Shown: positions 10,814 to 20,121, counted from the stretch's first letter. The stretch: DNA of 64,000 bases from an uncultured Bacilli bacterium (GCA_934169415.1 CAKPNP010000001.1:25854-89853); one strand, 5' to 3'. Notes: generated by a model from the letters alone, not told the origin. Program-made: numbers and translations.

Positions 10814-11425
10814 ATGTTTTGTAAAAATTGTGGATTAGAAATGGATAGTAATGCTAAGTTCTGTTCAAAATGTGGTACTCCTAGGTCAATGGAGCAACCA
10901 CAAGTAAGGAAAGTTATAGAAGATAATAATATAAAATTTCAATTAAAACCAAAATTTAATTTAATATATGATTTTATAATAAATAGTTTATATGTTTTAT
11001 GCTATGGAGCAATTCTCATAATATATGCTTATACTTTTAATTTATGGGTTATTATGATATCAATTATAGTAATAATTACTTCTATAAAAACATTGTTAGA
11101 TAAAAAACAACATGATAGTTTAGAATATAACTTTTATGCTACAAAAGTAGAATATAAGGATGGATTTTTTAATAAAGAACAGAAAGAATTGAAATATAAA
11201 TATATAAGAGAGATTACTATGTCACAGAATATTTTAGAAAGAATTTGTGGTATTGGAACAATTAGAATATTTACCAATGCTTCTAATTATCAATATAATA
11301 TTTATAGGAATAGAAATAGAGAAATAATTAAAAATGGTATTTATATTCATTGTGTAGATAATGTAGAAGAAAAATATAAAATTATTAAACAAATTATTGA
11401 TGAGGGTACACCTGAAGAATATTAG
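10814..11425 (+). CDS. Membrane protein: zinc-ribbon, 2 TM, bPH_2 domain; paralog B
   Basis: MFCKNCGLEMDSNAKFCSKCG, then TM helices, then the same KYKYIREITM block as paralog A. RBS AAAGGAGAG. Confidence 0.7.
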   Translation: MFCKNCGLEMDSNAKFCSKCGTPRSMEQPQVRKVIEDNNIKFQLKPKFNLIYDFIINSLYVLCYGAILIIYAYTFNLWVIMISIIVIITSIKTLLDKKQHDSLEYNFYATKVEYKDGFFNKEQKELKYKYIREITMSQNILERICGIGTIRIFTNASNYQYNIYRNRNREIIKNGIYIHCVDNVEEKYKIIKQIIDEGTPEEY

Positions 11426-11476
11426 TTATATAACTTTATAAAAAAGATATTTTAATAGTTATTTTAGAATTAATGT

Positions 11477-11504
11477 AAGAGGATGCTAAATAGCATTCTT
11501 TTTT
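11477..11504 (+). repeat. Direct repeat copy 2 (28 bp), a duplicate of the rplQ 3' end plus terminator hairpin
   Basis: Identical to 10031-10058, with one extra T in the U-tract. It probably also acts as a terminator for the paralog pair. Confidence 0.85.
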
Positions 11505-11560
11505 TACCTCCACTAAAAGTAGGTTTACGAATTAACAATCCACAGCTATAATTTATTTGG

Positions 11561-12499
11561 ATGGTGAATACTGTGGATTATAAAAAAATAGGAGAATTTA
11601 TACAAATAAGAAGAAAATATTTAGGGCTAACTCAAAGACAGTTAGCTGATAAATTAAAGGTAACAGACAAGGCAGTAAGTAAATGGGAAACTGGACTAGG
11701 TTGCCCTGATGTTTCTATATTAAGTAAACTATCAGATATATTATGCGTTAGTATAGGCGAAATATTAAATGGACAGTATAATGAAGATCTAAAAAATAAT
11801 TCTGATTTTATAAAAAATGCTGTGGATTATTCGAAGAAAATAACAGAAGAAAATTTTTATACAAAATTAAGAAAAATACTTTATATTATTTTAATAGTTA
11901 TTGTTTTATATATTTCTTTTATGGGAATAAAACAGTTCATATATATAAATGGCGAAACTGAATTTAAAAGCTCCACTAATGATTTAGCTTATATTGAATA
12001 TGAAAAATTAAAAGAAAATACAAAAATAATAAAAGAAAATAATTATTTTACAAATATAAATCCTGATTATTTGAATGAGTTAAATTATTTAGTTAAAAGA
12101 ATTGAATATATTAATTTATTAAATAGTAGAAAAGTAATAATTAAAAATACAGATTTATTAAATATAAAAAGTTTAATAATAAATATAAATTCATTTGATA
12201 ATAGACTTTTACACATATTGGAAATTATAGATAAAGATAATTATAAGTATTATGATTTAGGTATTTCTTATGTAGATAAAGATTATATATTTGATGTCGA
12301 TGGATATTTTGAGGAAATGAATATAAATAGTAATAATATGAAAAATTATTATTCAAGAAAATTATATGAATATAGTGAAATAGGAAATAGTAATACTACA
12401 TTAAAAGTTTATTATGAACAATTTGGTATAACATTATCTAAGTTAAATAAAATTTTAGAATTTATAATAGAAGTGGGTGATGCAAATGAAAATAATTAA
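11561..12499 (+). CDS. Membrane-anchored XRE-family HTH transcriptional regulator (HTH_3, single TM, extracytoplasmic domain)
   Basis: The N-terminus IRRKYLGLTQRQLADKLKVTDKAVSKWETG is a Cro/C1-type HTH. A TM helix (ILYIILIVIVLYISFMGI) follows, then a ~190-aa C-terminal domain. Confidence 0.75.
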   Translation: MVNTVDYKKIGEFIQIRRKYLGLTQRQLADKLKVTDKAVSKWETGLGCPDVSILSKLSDILCVSIGEILNGQYNEDLKNNSDFIKNAVDYSKKITEENFYTKLRKILYIILIVIVLYISFMGIKQFIYINGETEFKSSTNDLAYIEYEKLKENTKIIKENNYFTNINPDYLNELNYLVKRIEYINLLNSRKVIIKNTDLLNIKSLIININSFDNRLLHILEIIDKDNYKYYDLGISYVDKDYIFDVDGYFEEMNINSNNMKNYYSRKLYEYSEIGNSNTTLKVYYEQFGITLSKLNKILEFIIEVGDANENN

Positions 12500-12884
12500 T
12501 ATTCTATTATACAAATTAAATAATTTATTAGCACTTATGTTATCCACAGTATATACTATTTTTGTATACGTATACTTAAATGAATCTGTTTTATCTACAC
12601 TATTATTTTTCTTGTTATCTGTACTTTTACTAATTAGTTTTACAATAGGATATAAAAAAATAAACACTAAGTATAATGTGTTAAATTTTATATTGTTATT
12701 ATTTATATTGCTTAATATTTTTAGGCCTTATATTGATTCATTAATAAGTCCTAATTTAGTTTATAATTTAAAATTAAATTTTTTGTTTAGTTATGTCATA
12801 TTTGAACAAAATTTTATAATAATTACTATATTTATGATTATATTATTAATAGTGAATAGTATTTATTATTTTATAAAAAAATAA
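12477..12884 (+). CDS. Hypothetical small integral membrane protein (4 predicted TM)
   Basis: An ORF with four hydrophobic segments. AT-rich DNA produces such ORFs easily, so support is weak. Confidence 0.35.
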   Translation: MMQMKIINILLYKLNNLLALMLSTVYTIFVYVYLNESVLSTLLFFLLSVLLLISFTIGYKKINTKYNVLNFILLLFILLNIFRPYIDSLISPNLVYNLKLNFLFSYVIFEQNFIIITIFMIILLIVNSIYYFIKK

Positions 12885-12925
12885 ATTGATAAAAATATAG
12901 ATATGTATTATACTTATAGTAGGAG

Positions 12926-13561
12926 ATGATAAAATTGAATAAATTTAATAAAATATTTTTAGGCTTTTTAGTATTTGTAACATTAACAGGATGTAGCTTA
13001 TCTTTTGATGATAATAAAGATGTATCTGAAGATAACAATATCAAAGTAGTAGATGCTATTAATAGTTTTTCTAACCTATCTTATTCTAATAAAATAAAAG
13101 GTGAATTACCTGAAATAGTTGGTTATTCTAGTTCTACTATTAATAGTATAAATAAAAGTATATTATCTGAAAATTTACTTAATTTTTATGATTCTAATAT
13201 TGAATCTGCTACAATTAAATATGATTATGTTATAAAAAATGGTATACTTATTATTTCTACTGAGACAAAAATAAGTCCATGGAATGCATCTGGAAATGGA
13301 GAATTTTATTATTTTCATTTTTACGATATTAAAAACGATAAAGAACTTAAACCATATGATGGATTAAAAGCTTTAGGATTTAGTGATGAAGATTTATTAA
13401 ATAATTCTAGTAATTGTTCTTTTGAAAATGGGGAACCAGGTAATAAATGTAGTATTGATGCAATCAAATCTGATTTAAATTTAGAATCTAGAAGTAGATG
13501 CTCAAAAATAACTGTGGAAAACGGTAATATTAAACTTGATTTAACAAATTGGTGCATATAA
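12926..13561 (+). CDS. Hypothetical lipoprotein
   Basis: Signal peptide plus lipobox LTGC (FLVFVTLTGCSLSF). RBS AGGAGAT. Confidence 0.6.
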   Translation: MIKLNKFNKIFLGFLVFVTLTGCSLSFDDNKDVSEDNNIKVVDAINSFSNLSYSNKIKGELPEIVGYSSSTINSINKSILSENLLNFYDSNIESATIKYDYVIKNGILIISTETKISPWNASGNGEFYYFHFYDIKNDKELKPYDGLKALGFSDEDLLNNSSNCSFENGEPGNKCSIDAIKSDLNLESRSRCSKITVENGNIKLDLTNWCI

Positions 13562-13584
13562 AAAATAGTGATAAACACTATTTT

Positions 13585-14118
13585 TTAATTACTTCTTTTA
13601 TCTATAATTCCTTTATACCCTAAATCGTTATTTTTTAGTAGTGTTATTAAATCATGAAATGGAATTATATTACTTTTTCTAAAATTATTTTCATTAATTA
13701 AATTATCAATTTCATCTATGCTTAAATAAAATACTTCATCTACTTCTGATTTTTGTAATTTTAAAGAATTTAAATCAATATTTTTTTTAATATAATAGCA
13801 ATCACTATAGCATTTATCATATTTTATTGTTTCATATAATGTGAAATCATCATATATATCAATACCAAGTTCTTCTTTAATTTCTTTTTTTACAGTGTAT
13901 ATGCTAGAATCTTTATATGTTACATGGCCACCAGTAGTTGCAATTTCATTATTTTTTTCTTTTGAACATTTTTGTATTAAAAACTTATCATCTTCGTTTT
14001 GAATAAAAATTAATACAATTCTAAAATATCTTCCTTTTTCTATACTTAATTTATTACATCTTTCAATGTATTCATTTATAACATTATTATTATCATCATA
14101 AAGAGCTAATTTTTCCAT
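13585..14118 (-). CDS. Nudix-hydrolase-like protein (Nudix box with E-to-D and R-to-K substitutions)
   Basis: GGHVTYKDSSIYTVKKEIKEELGI fits G-x5-E-x7-REUxEExGU apart from D and K at the first E and the R. 177 aa. Confidence 0.55.
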   Translation of the reverse strand: MEKLALYDDNNNVINEYIERCNKLSIEKGRYFRIVLIFIQNEDDKFLIQKCSKEKNNEIATTGGHVTYKDSSIYTVKKEIKEELGIDIYDDFTLYETIKYDKCYSDCYYIKKNIDLNSLKLQKSEVDEVFYLSIDEIDNLINENNFRKSNIIPFHDLITLLKNNDLGYKGIIDKRSN

Positions 14119-14241
14119 CTAACCACCTTTTAAATTATATATAAAATAAAAACTGCTGTCAATTTAAATGTCAAAATAATGCATTAAATCATTGTTTAAT
14201 TTTCTATTTTTTTGTATAATGAATATATCCGGGGTGGTATA

Positions 14242-14991
14242 ATGAAAATATTAATAACAGGAGCTTCATCAGGTCTTGGAGCTACATTTGCAAGGTTACT
14301 TGCTCGTGATGGACATGAATTAATACTAGTTGCTAGAAGAGTAAAAAAATTAGAAGCCTTAAAAAAAGAACTAGGTGATAATGTAAAGATTATAGATTTG
14401 GATATTTCTAGTAGCTACAATTGTATGAAACTTTATAATGAGGTAAAAAAAGAAAAAATAGATGTATTGATAAATAATGCTGGTTTTGGAATATATGGAG
14501 AGTTTGATAATATTAAAATCGATAAAGAATTAGATATGATTGATTTGAATATCAAAACTGTTCATATGTTAACTAAACTATTTTTAAAAGACTTTGCTAA
14601 AAGAGACTTTGGTTATATATTAAATGTAGCAAGTCTTGCGGCATTTACACCAGGCCCACTTATGAGTACTTATTATGCTACAAAGTCATATGTTTATAGT
14701 CTTACAATGGGAATAAAAAAGGAGCTTGAAGAAAAATGTTCAAATGTTTATATTGGATGTTTATGTCCAGGTCCTGTAAATACTGAGTTTGAACATGTTG
14801 CAAAGGTTAAATTTGATACTAAATTATTGGATAGTGAATATGTTTGTTCATATGCAATAAAATGTATGTTTAAAGAAAAAAGTTTAATTATACCTGGATT
14901 TGGGAATAAGGTAAAATATTATTTATCAAAAATATTACCATCAGATATTAAAATGAATAGCATATATAAAATGCAAAAAAGAGGAGATTAA
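14242..14991 (+). CDS. Short-chain dehydrogenase/reductase (SDR) family oxidoreductase
   Basis: MKILITGASSGLG, the TGxxxGxG Rossmann motif, plus the catalytic YxxxK (YYATKSY). The ATG at 14242 is preferred over the track start. Confidence 0.85.
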   Translation: MKILITGASSGLGATFARLLARDGHELILVARRVKKLEALKKELGDNVKIIDLDISSSYNCMKLYNEVKKEKIDVLINNAGFGIYGEFDNIKIDKELDMIDLNIKTVHMLTKLFLKDFAKRDFGYILNVASLAAFTPGPLMSTYYATKSYVYSLTMGIKKELEEKCSNVYIGCLCPGPVNTEFEHVAKVKFDTKLLDSEYVCSYAIKCMFKEKSLIIPGFGNKVKYYLSKILPSDIKMNSIYKMQKRGD

Positions 14992-14993
14992 AT

Positions 14994-16013
14994 ATGAAAA
15001 TAAGTTATTATCTAAAAGTTATTAGTGGCACTAGTTTTAAGAAAATGTTTAATGTTATTGATAAAGTGTCTAAAAAAACAGATAAATCGAAACCTTATAT
15101 ATTTTTTGATATGATCAATTGTGGAATTAGATATGGTGCAGGATATAATGATTATAATATATTTGCGTATTATAACATGAATCATAAACAAAGAAAAACA
15201 TATATAACAAGAATGAAGAATAAAAAATTAATTATGTATTGTAATGATCAAAATTATTCACATATATTTAATAATAAAAATGAATTTAATAAGATATTTA
15301 AAAAATATTTAAATAGAGAATATTTAGATTTGGAAAATATTACATATAAAGATTTTTCTAATTTTATGAAAAATAAAGATGTTATATTTGCTAAACCAAA
15401 TGTTGGAGAAAGTGGAAAAGGCATAGAAAAATTAAAGAAAAGCGATTTTAAAACATTAAAAGAAATGTTTGAATATGTTACTAATAAAGATAAGAATTTT
15501 GGTGTAATTGAAGAACAAATTATTCAACATGAAACTTTAAATAAATTGTACCCTTTAGCAATTAATTCTTTAAGAATAGTTTCTATAGTTGTAGATGGAA
15601 TACCACACATTGTTTATGTAGTATCTAAAATGGGAAATGAAGGTAAATTTGTAGATAATATGGAAAACAGTGGTTTATGTTGTCCTGTTGATACAGAAAC
15701 TGGTAAAATTTCTAATGTTGCTCATACTTCAAAATTAATTACTTATGATACCCATCCATACACTAATATTAAATTAATTGGTTATGAATTACCTTATATA
15801 AAAGAGGCTATGGAACTTGTTAAAAAAGCCGCTTTAGAGGTGCCACAAATAAAATATGTGGGTTGGGATGTATTTATAGGTCCAAATGGTCCTGGTATAA
15901 TAGAAGGTAATGATTATCCAGGATATGACTTTTGGCAGTTACCAGAACATACACCTGATAAAATTGGTTTAGTCCCATATTATAATAGCTTAATTAAAGA
16001 TTTAAAATTATAA
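14994..16013 (+). CDS. ATP-grasp family protein, sugar-transfer-associated (TupA-like)
   Basis: 339 aa with FAKPNVGESGKGIEKL and a downstream acidic/Asn ATP-grasp core. It resembles the TupA-like ATP-grasp enzymes found in cell-wall polymer loci. Confidence 0.55.
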   Translation: MKISYYLKVISGTSFKKMFNVIDKVSKKTDKSKPYIFFDMINCGIRYGAGYNDYNIFAYYNMNHKQRKTYITRMKNKKLIMYCNDQNYSHIFNNKNEFNKIFKKYLNREYLDLENITYKDFSNFMKNKDVIFAKPNVGESGKGIEKLKKSDFKTLKEMFEYVTNKDKNFGVIEEQIIQHETLNKLYPLAINSLRIVSIVVDGIPHIVYVVSKMGNEGKFVDNMENSGLCCPVDTETGKISNVAHTSKLITYDTHPYTNIKLIGYELPYIKEAMELVKKAALEVPQIKYVGWDVFIGPNGPGIIEGNDYPGYDFWQLPEHTPDKIGLVPYYNSLIKDLKL

Positions 16014-16029
16014 AAAAATGTAGAGATTT

Positions 16030-17280
16030 CTACATTTTTTCTTTTACAGTATTTATACTATTAACTAATATTTCAAGACCTTTTTTTAAATAATCATCAT
16101 CTATTGTAAGTGCAGGCATTAATTTAACAACACTATTATTTCTTCCTGCTCTTTCAAGCACTAATCCATTTTTAAAACATTCACTAACTATAGCTTTAGA
16201 TAGTTTTTCATCATGAACATCTATTCCCCAAATAAGTCCTATTCCTCTTATATCGTAATCTTTAATGTTATTTGTAAGATATTCTTTTACTATTTTTTCT
16301 TTTTCTTTTACTTTTGCTTCGATATTTTCTTTTTTCATAAATTCTAATCCAGCTTTAGCAGTTATCATAGAAGGCATAAAACCTCTAAATGTACCATTAT
16401 GTTCACCTGGAGACCAAATATCTAATTCTTTTTTAATTAGTGTCATAGCAAGTGGAAGTCCAATTCCACCAATTGATTTAGAAACTGTTACCATATCTGG
16501 AACTATATTAGCTCTTTCAAATGAGAAAAAGTTACCTGTTCTACAATTACCAACTTGTATTTCATCACAAATCATTAATATATCGTATTTATCACATATT
16601 TCTCTAATACCTTTTAAGAATGATTCTTCAAATACATAAACTCCACCTTCTGCTTGTACAGTTTCAAGTACTATAGCAGCAGGTAATTCAATACCAGAAT
16701 GATCATCAGATAATATTGTATCTAGGTAATTTATTACATCTAAATCTTTAAACATATAAGGAGATGGAATGTGCGTTACATTATTTAGTGGAATACCAGC
16801 ACCTTTTCTAGAATCTCTATCACTAGTAAGTGAAATAGAACCTAAAGTCATACCATGGAAGCATCCCATAAGTGCAAATATATTTGTTCTTTTTTTTACT
16901 TTTCGAGCTAATTTTAAAGCTGCTTCAATAGCGTTTGTACCAGTAGGACCAGTAAATTGGATTTTATAATTTAATCCTTTAGGTATTAATACTTCTTCTT
17001 CAAAGTATTTTATAAATTCTCTTTTTGGTTCAGCATACATATCAAGTGAATGTATTATTCCATCACTGCTTAAATATTCGATTAATTTTTCTTTTATATA
17101 CGGATTATTATGTCCATAGTTTAGTGCTCCAGCTCCACAAAAGAAATCTATATATTCTTTATTGTTTGTATCAATTAAAGTTGAGCCTTTAGCGTATTTA
17201 AATTCGGTAGGAAAAGTTCTACAATAACTTCTTACCTCTGATTCGTATAATTCATATGTTTCTTTCATTTTATCACCCAT
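16030..17280 (-). CDS. Class III PLP-dependent aminotransferase, diaminobutyrate--2-oxoglutarate transaminase (EctB)-like
   Basis: YESEVRSYCRTFPTEFKYAKGSTLID...YIDFFCGAGALNYGHNNP matches DABA-aminotransferase N-termini. 416 aa, with the PLP lysine region VSKSIGG. Confidence 0.8.
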   Translation of the reverse strand: MGDKMKETYELYESEVRSYCRTFPTEFKYAKGSTLIDTNNKEYIDFFCGAGALNYGHNNPYIKEKLIEYLSSDGIIHSLDMYAEPKREFIKYFEEEVLIPKGLNYKIQFTGPTGTNAIEAALKLARKVKKRTNIFALMGCFHGMTLGSISLTSDRDSRKGAGIPLNNVTHIPSPYMFKDLDVINYLDTILSDDHSGIELPAAIVLETVQAEGGVYVFEESFLKGIREICDKYDILMICDEIQVGNCRTGNFFSFERANIVPDMVTVSKSIGGIGLPLAMTLIKKELDIWSPGEHNGTFRGFMPSMITAKAGLEFMKKENIEAKVKEKEKIVKEYLTNNIKDYDIRGIGLIWGIDVHDEKLSKAIVSECFKNGLVLERAGRNNSVVKLMPALTIDDDYLKKGLEILVNSINTVKEKM

Positions 17281-17356
17281 TAAAATTATATCATATTTTG
17301 GTAAAAAAGATTAATTTAATTGAAAAATAATACTTTTTATAATATAATACTCTTTA

Positions 17357-18067
17357 GTGGTGAAGAGTATGAAAATATCTATAAATAGCTTAACTTTTAA
17401 ATATGATGATAATGTAATTTTTGATAAATTAAGATTAACTATTAAAGAAAATAAGTTTACTAGTATAATTATGTCAAATTCAAAAGGTAAAACAACTCTT
17501 TCTAAAATATTATCAGGTAATATTCATACAAATAAAGTAAGTATAGATAAAATAGCATCTACCAATCTAAAAGATAAAGTATATTTAGTTTCTAAGGAAA
17601 ATGATTTTGATAGTATTATAAAAAATATTAAATTAAACGAAAATCTAAATCAAGTATTATCTAAATTTAAATTGGATAATGTCTTAGAAATAGATGATTT
17701 AAATATGCATGAAAAAGTAACAATATCGCTAGTTAATGCATTAGTAAATAAATATGAAATAATAGTTTTAGATGATGTTTATAACTTAATTGATATAGAT
17801 ATATTAAAAAAATTAAAAGATATTACTGTTATAAATATAACAAGTGATATAGAATCTACTTTAATATCAAATGAAGTTATATTTATAGATAAAAAAGTTG
17901 TTTTAAAAGGCAGTAGTAAAAAAGTATTAACTTGCGAGAGTGAAATAAATGATTTAGGATTTAAATTACCTTTTATAATAGAATTATCTAATAGATTAAA
18001 ATTTTATGATTTAATAGATAAAGATTATTATGATATGAAATTGTTGGTGGATGAATTATGGAAATAG
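17357..18067 (+). CDS. ABC-type ATPase, EcfA-like, with degenerate catalytic motifs (probable start ATG 17366)
   Basis: The P-loop reads MSNSKGKTT (first Gly lost). The signature region reads NMHEK instead of LSGGQ, and the Walker B reads IIVLDD (D in place of the catalytic E). The gene occupies the ecfA1 position upstream of truA. Confidence 0.6.
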   Translation: MVKSMKISINSLTFKYDDNVIFDKLRLTIKENKFTSIIMSNSKGKTTLSKILSGNIHTNKVSIDKIASTNLKDKVYLVSKENDFDSIIKNIKLNENLNQVLSKFKLDNVLEIDDLNMHEKVTISLVNALVNKYEIIVLDDVYNLIDIDILKKLKDITVINITSDIESTLISNEVIFIDKKVVLKGSSKKVLTCESEINDLGFKLPFIIELSNRLKFYDLIDKDYYDMKLLVDELWK

Positions 18068-18861
18068 AATTAGAAAATTTAAATTTAATTTATACTGATA
18101 ATGCAACTTATATTAAGCCTATTTTATCTGATATAAATATTAGTATTAAACCAGGTAAAATTAATGTATTAGTAGGTACTTATAAAAGTGGTAAGACTAC
18201 TATATTAAAATTAATAAGTGGTCTTATACTGCCAACTAGTGGCAAAATAAACATTAAAAACACAGAATTTCCATATGAAAAAATGGGTCTTATTTATAGT
18301 GAGAATGAATTCATTTTTAAAACTGTTTATGAGGAATTAAGTTATGCTATAAAACATTTAAATAAAAAAGTAACAGATATTCATAAGCATGTAATCTCTT
18401 CTTTAAATATGGTAGGATTAAATGAGAATTATTTAAATAGAAAAATTACTACATTAAGTGATTCTGAAAGAATTAAAATATCATTAGCTTTAGTTCTTGG
18501 AATAAATTCTAAAATTATTTTAATTGATGAAATAGATACTATATTAGATCCTAAATCATTAAATGAAATAATTAAATTATTAAATTTATTAAAAAAAAGA
18601 TATAATAAAACTATTGTTATAAGTACTAGAAATACTTCTTTAGCGCATATGATAGCTGATAATGTTATATTGTTAAATGATGGTAAAATAGTAGAATCAG
18701 GTAATAAATATGATATTTTTACTAAAGATTTATCTAAATATGGATTAAAAAATCCTAATATAATAGAATTTGAAAATATGGCTAGAAAAAAAGGTGTAAG
18801 ATTACTTTATAGAGATGAAATAAATGATTTAATGAAAGATATATATAGATATTGTAGGTGA
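18058..18861 (+). CDS. ABC-type ATPase, EcfA2-like (intact Walker A/B, degenerate signature)
   Basis: Walker A GTYKSGKTT and Walker B IILIDE are intact, but the signature reads LSDSE. It overlaps the preceding gene and precedes truA, as ecfA2 does in Firmicutes. Confidence 0.65.
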   Translation: MEIELENLNLIYTDNATYIKPILSDINISIKPGKINVLVGTYKSGKTTILKLISGLILPTSGKINIKNTEFPYEKMGLIYSENEFIFKTVYEELSYAIKHLNKKVTDIHKHVISSLNMVGLNENYLNRKITTLSDSERIKISLALVLGINSKIILIDEIDTILDPKSLNEIIKLLNLLKKRYNKTIVISTRNTSLAHMIADNVILLNDGKIVESGNKYDIFTKDLSKYGLKNPNIIEFENMARKKGVRLLYRDEINDLMKDIYRYCR

Positions 18862-18865
18862 TTAT

Positions 18866-19597
18866 ATGAGGTATCTTATAACATTTAGTTATGATGGTTC
18901 TAAGTTTAATGGATATCAAAAGCAGCCAAATACTAAAACAGTACAACAAGAAATAGAAAATGCTTTAAAAAAAATAAACTCAAATAATGAAGTTAAAATA
19001 TATGCATCAGGTAGAACTGATGCACTCGTTCATGCTTATAATCAAAAAGCCCATTTTGATTTAAATATAAATATTAGTCCGGAAAAGTTAAAAAAATCAC
19101 TAAATAGTTTGATTAGTGATTATATATATATTAAAAGTGTAGAAGAAGTAAGTAGTGATTTTCATGCAAGATTTAGTGTGAAATCAAAGGAATATATGTA
19201 TATAATTAATATGGGTGAATATAATCCTATAGAAAAAGATTATGTATATCAATATAATAAAAATTTGGATACTAAGGCTATTAATGAAGCTATAAAATAC
19301 TTTATAGGCACACATGATTTTAGAGCATTTACTAAAGTAGAATTAGAAAAAGATTTTGTAAGGACTATAATAGATGCTAAAGTAAAACTTGAAGACAGTA
19401 AAATTATAATATCATTTATTGGTACTGGTTTTTTAAGATATCAAGTAAGAAATATGGTTGGCTTACTTATAGAGGTAGGTTCACATAAGAAAAATGTAGA
19501 AGATGTTGTTAAAATATTAGAACTAAGAAATAGAACTAATTATACTCTAACTGCTAAGGGCTGTGGTTTATATTTGGTTGATGTATTATATAAATAA
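18866..19597 (+). CDS. truA: tRNA pseudouridine(38-40) synthase
   Basis: 243 aa with YLITFSYDGSKFNGYQKQPN and the catalytic Asp motif ASGRTDALVHAYNQ. Confidence 0.93.
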   Translation: MRYLITFSYDGSKFNGYQKQPNTKTVQQEIENALKKINSNNEVKIYASGRTDALVHAYNQKAHFDLNINISPEKLKKSLNSLISDYIYIKSVEEVSSDFHARFSVKSKEYMYIINMGEYNPIEKDYVYQYNKNLDTKAINEAIKYFIGTHDFRAFTKVELEKDFVRTIIDAKVKLEDSKIIISFIGTGFLRYQVRNMVGLLIEVGSHKKNVEDVVKILELRNRTNYTLTAKGCGLYLVDVLYK

Positions 19598-19624
19598 AAA
19601 GTTGAATTAATCTTCAACTTTTTA
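19597..19624. terminator. Bidirectional rho-independent terminator between convergent truA and the HTH gene
   Basis: AAAAGTTGAA-TTAATC-TTCAACTTTTT, a perfect 6-bp core stem flanked by an A-run and a T-run. Confidence 0.6.
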
Positions 19625-19858
19625 AAAATCTTTTCTTTGGACTTTTTCAACTGAATATTCTTTTTTAGTTTCTTTATTTCTAAAAACTACTTCAAATCCA
19701 CATAGTTCAGCAATTTCTTCGATCATTTTAAAATCAGGGTTACTGTACTGTGTCTCATATCCAGAAAGTGTTGTTTGAGCTATATTTAACTCTTTAGCAA
19801 GTTCAGTTTGTCTAAATCCTTTTTCAGTTCTCATAAATCTTAACATTTTTCCTATCAT
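19622..19858 (-). CDS. Small XRE-family HTH transcriptional regulator
   Basis: 78 aa with MRTEKGFRQTELAKELNIAQTTLSGYE, an HTH_3 motif. Confidence 0.75.
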   Translation of the reverse strand: MIGKMLRFMRTEKGFRQTELAKELNIAQTTLSGYETQYSNPDFKMIEEIAELCGFEVVFRNKETKKEYSVEKVQRKDF

Positions 19859-20121
19859 ACTACCACCTTTTGTAAATTATATCGTTTTCTATTAGAAAAT
19901 TATTTAAATAGCGGGAATATCGTTACAATATATTTTTTCCCTTATTTTACAAAGATATTTAAGAAAATATCTAGAATTTGCAAATAGTATTTTATTAAAT
20001 ATGATACGTAATATTTTATGTCTACATTTTGTGTTTAAATAATATATTTGCACACTATTATTTATGGACTAAATTTAAAAAAATATAATTGAAATTTTTA
20101 TTAAATATTATTTAAATTTGG

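Noticed and set aside
12455-12667. 70-aa minus-strand ORF
   Set aside because: It overlaps the 3' end of the XRE gene and the small membrane ORF. It has an AT-rich, Lys/Phe/Ile composition and no RBS.
16265-16969. Two plus-strand ORFs (124 and 66 aa)
   Set aside because: Both are antisense to the well-supported class-III aminotransferase gene (16030-17280, minus strand). Both are low-complexity.
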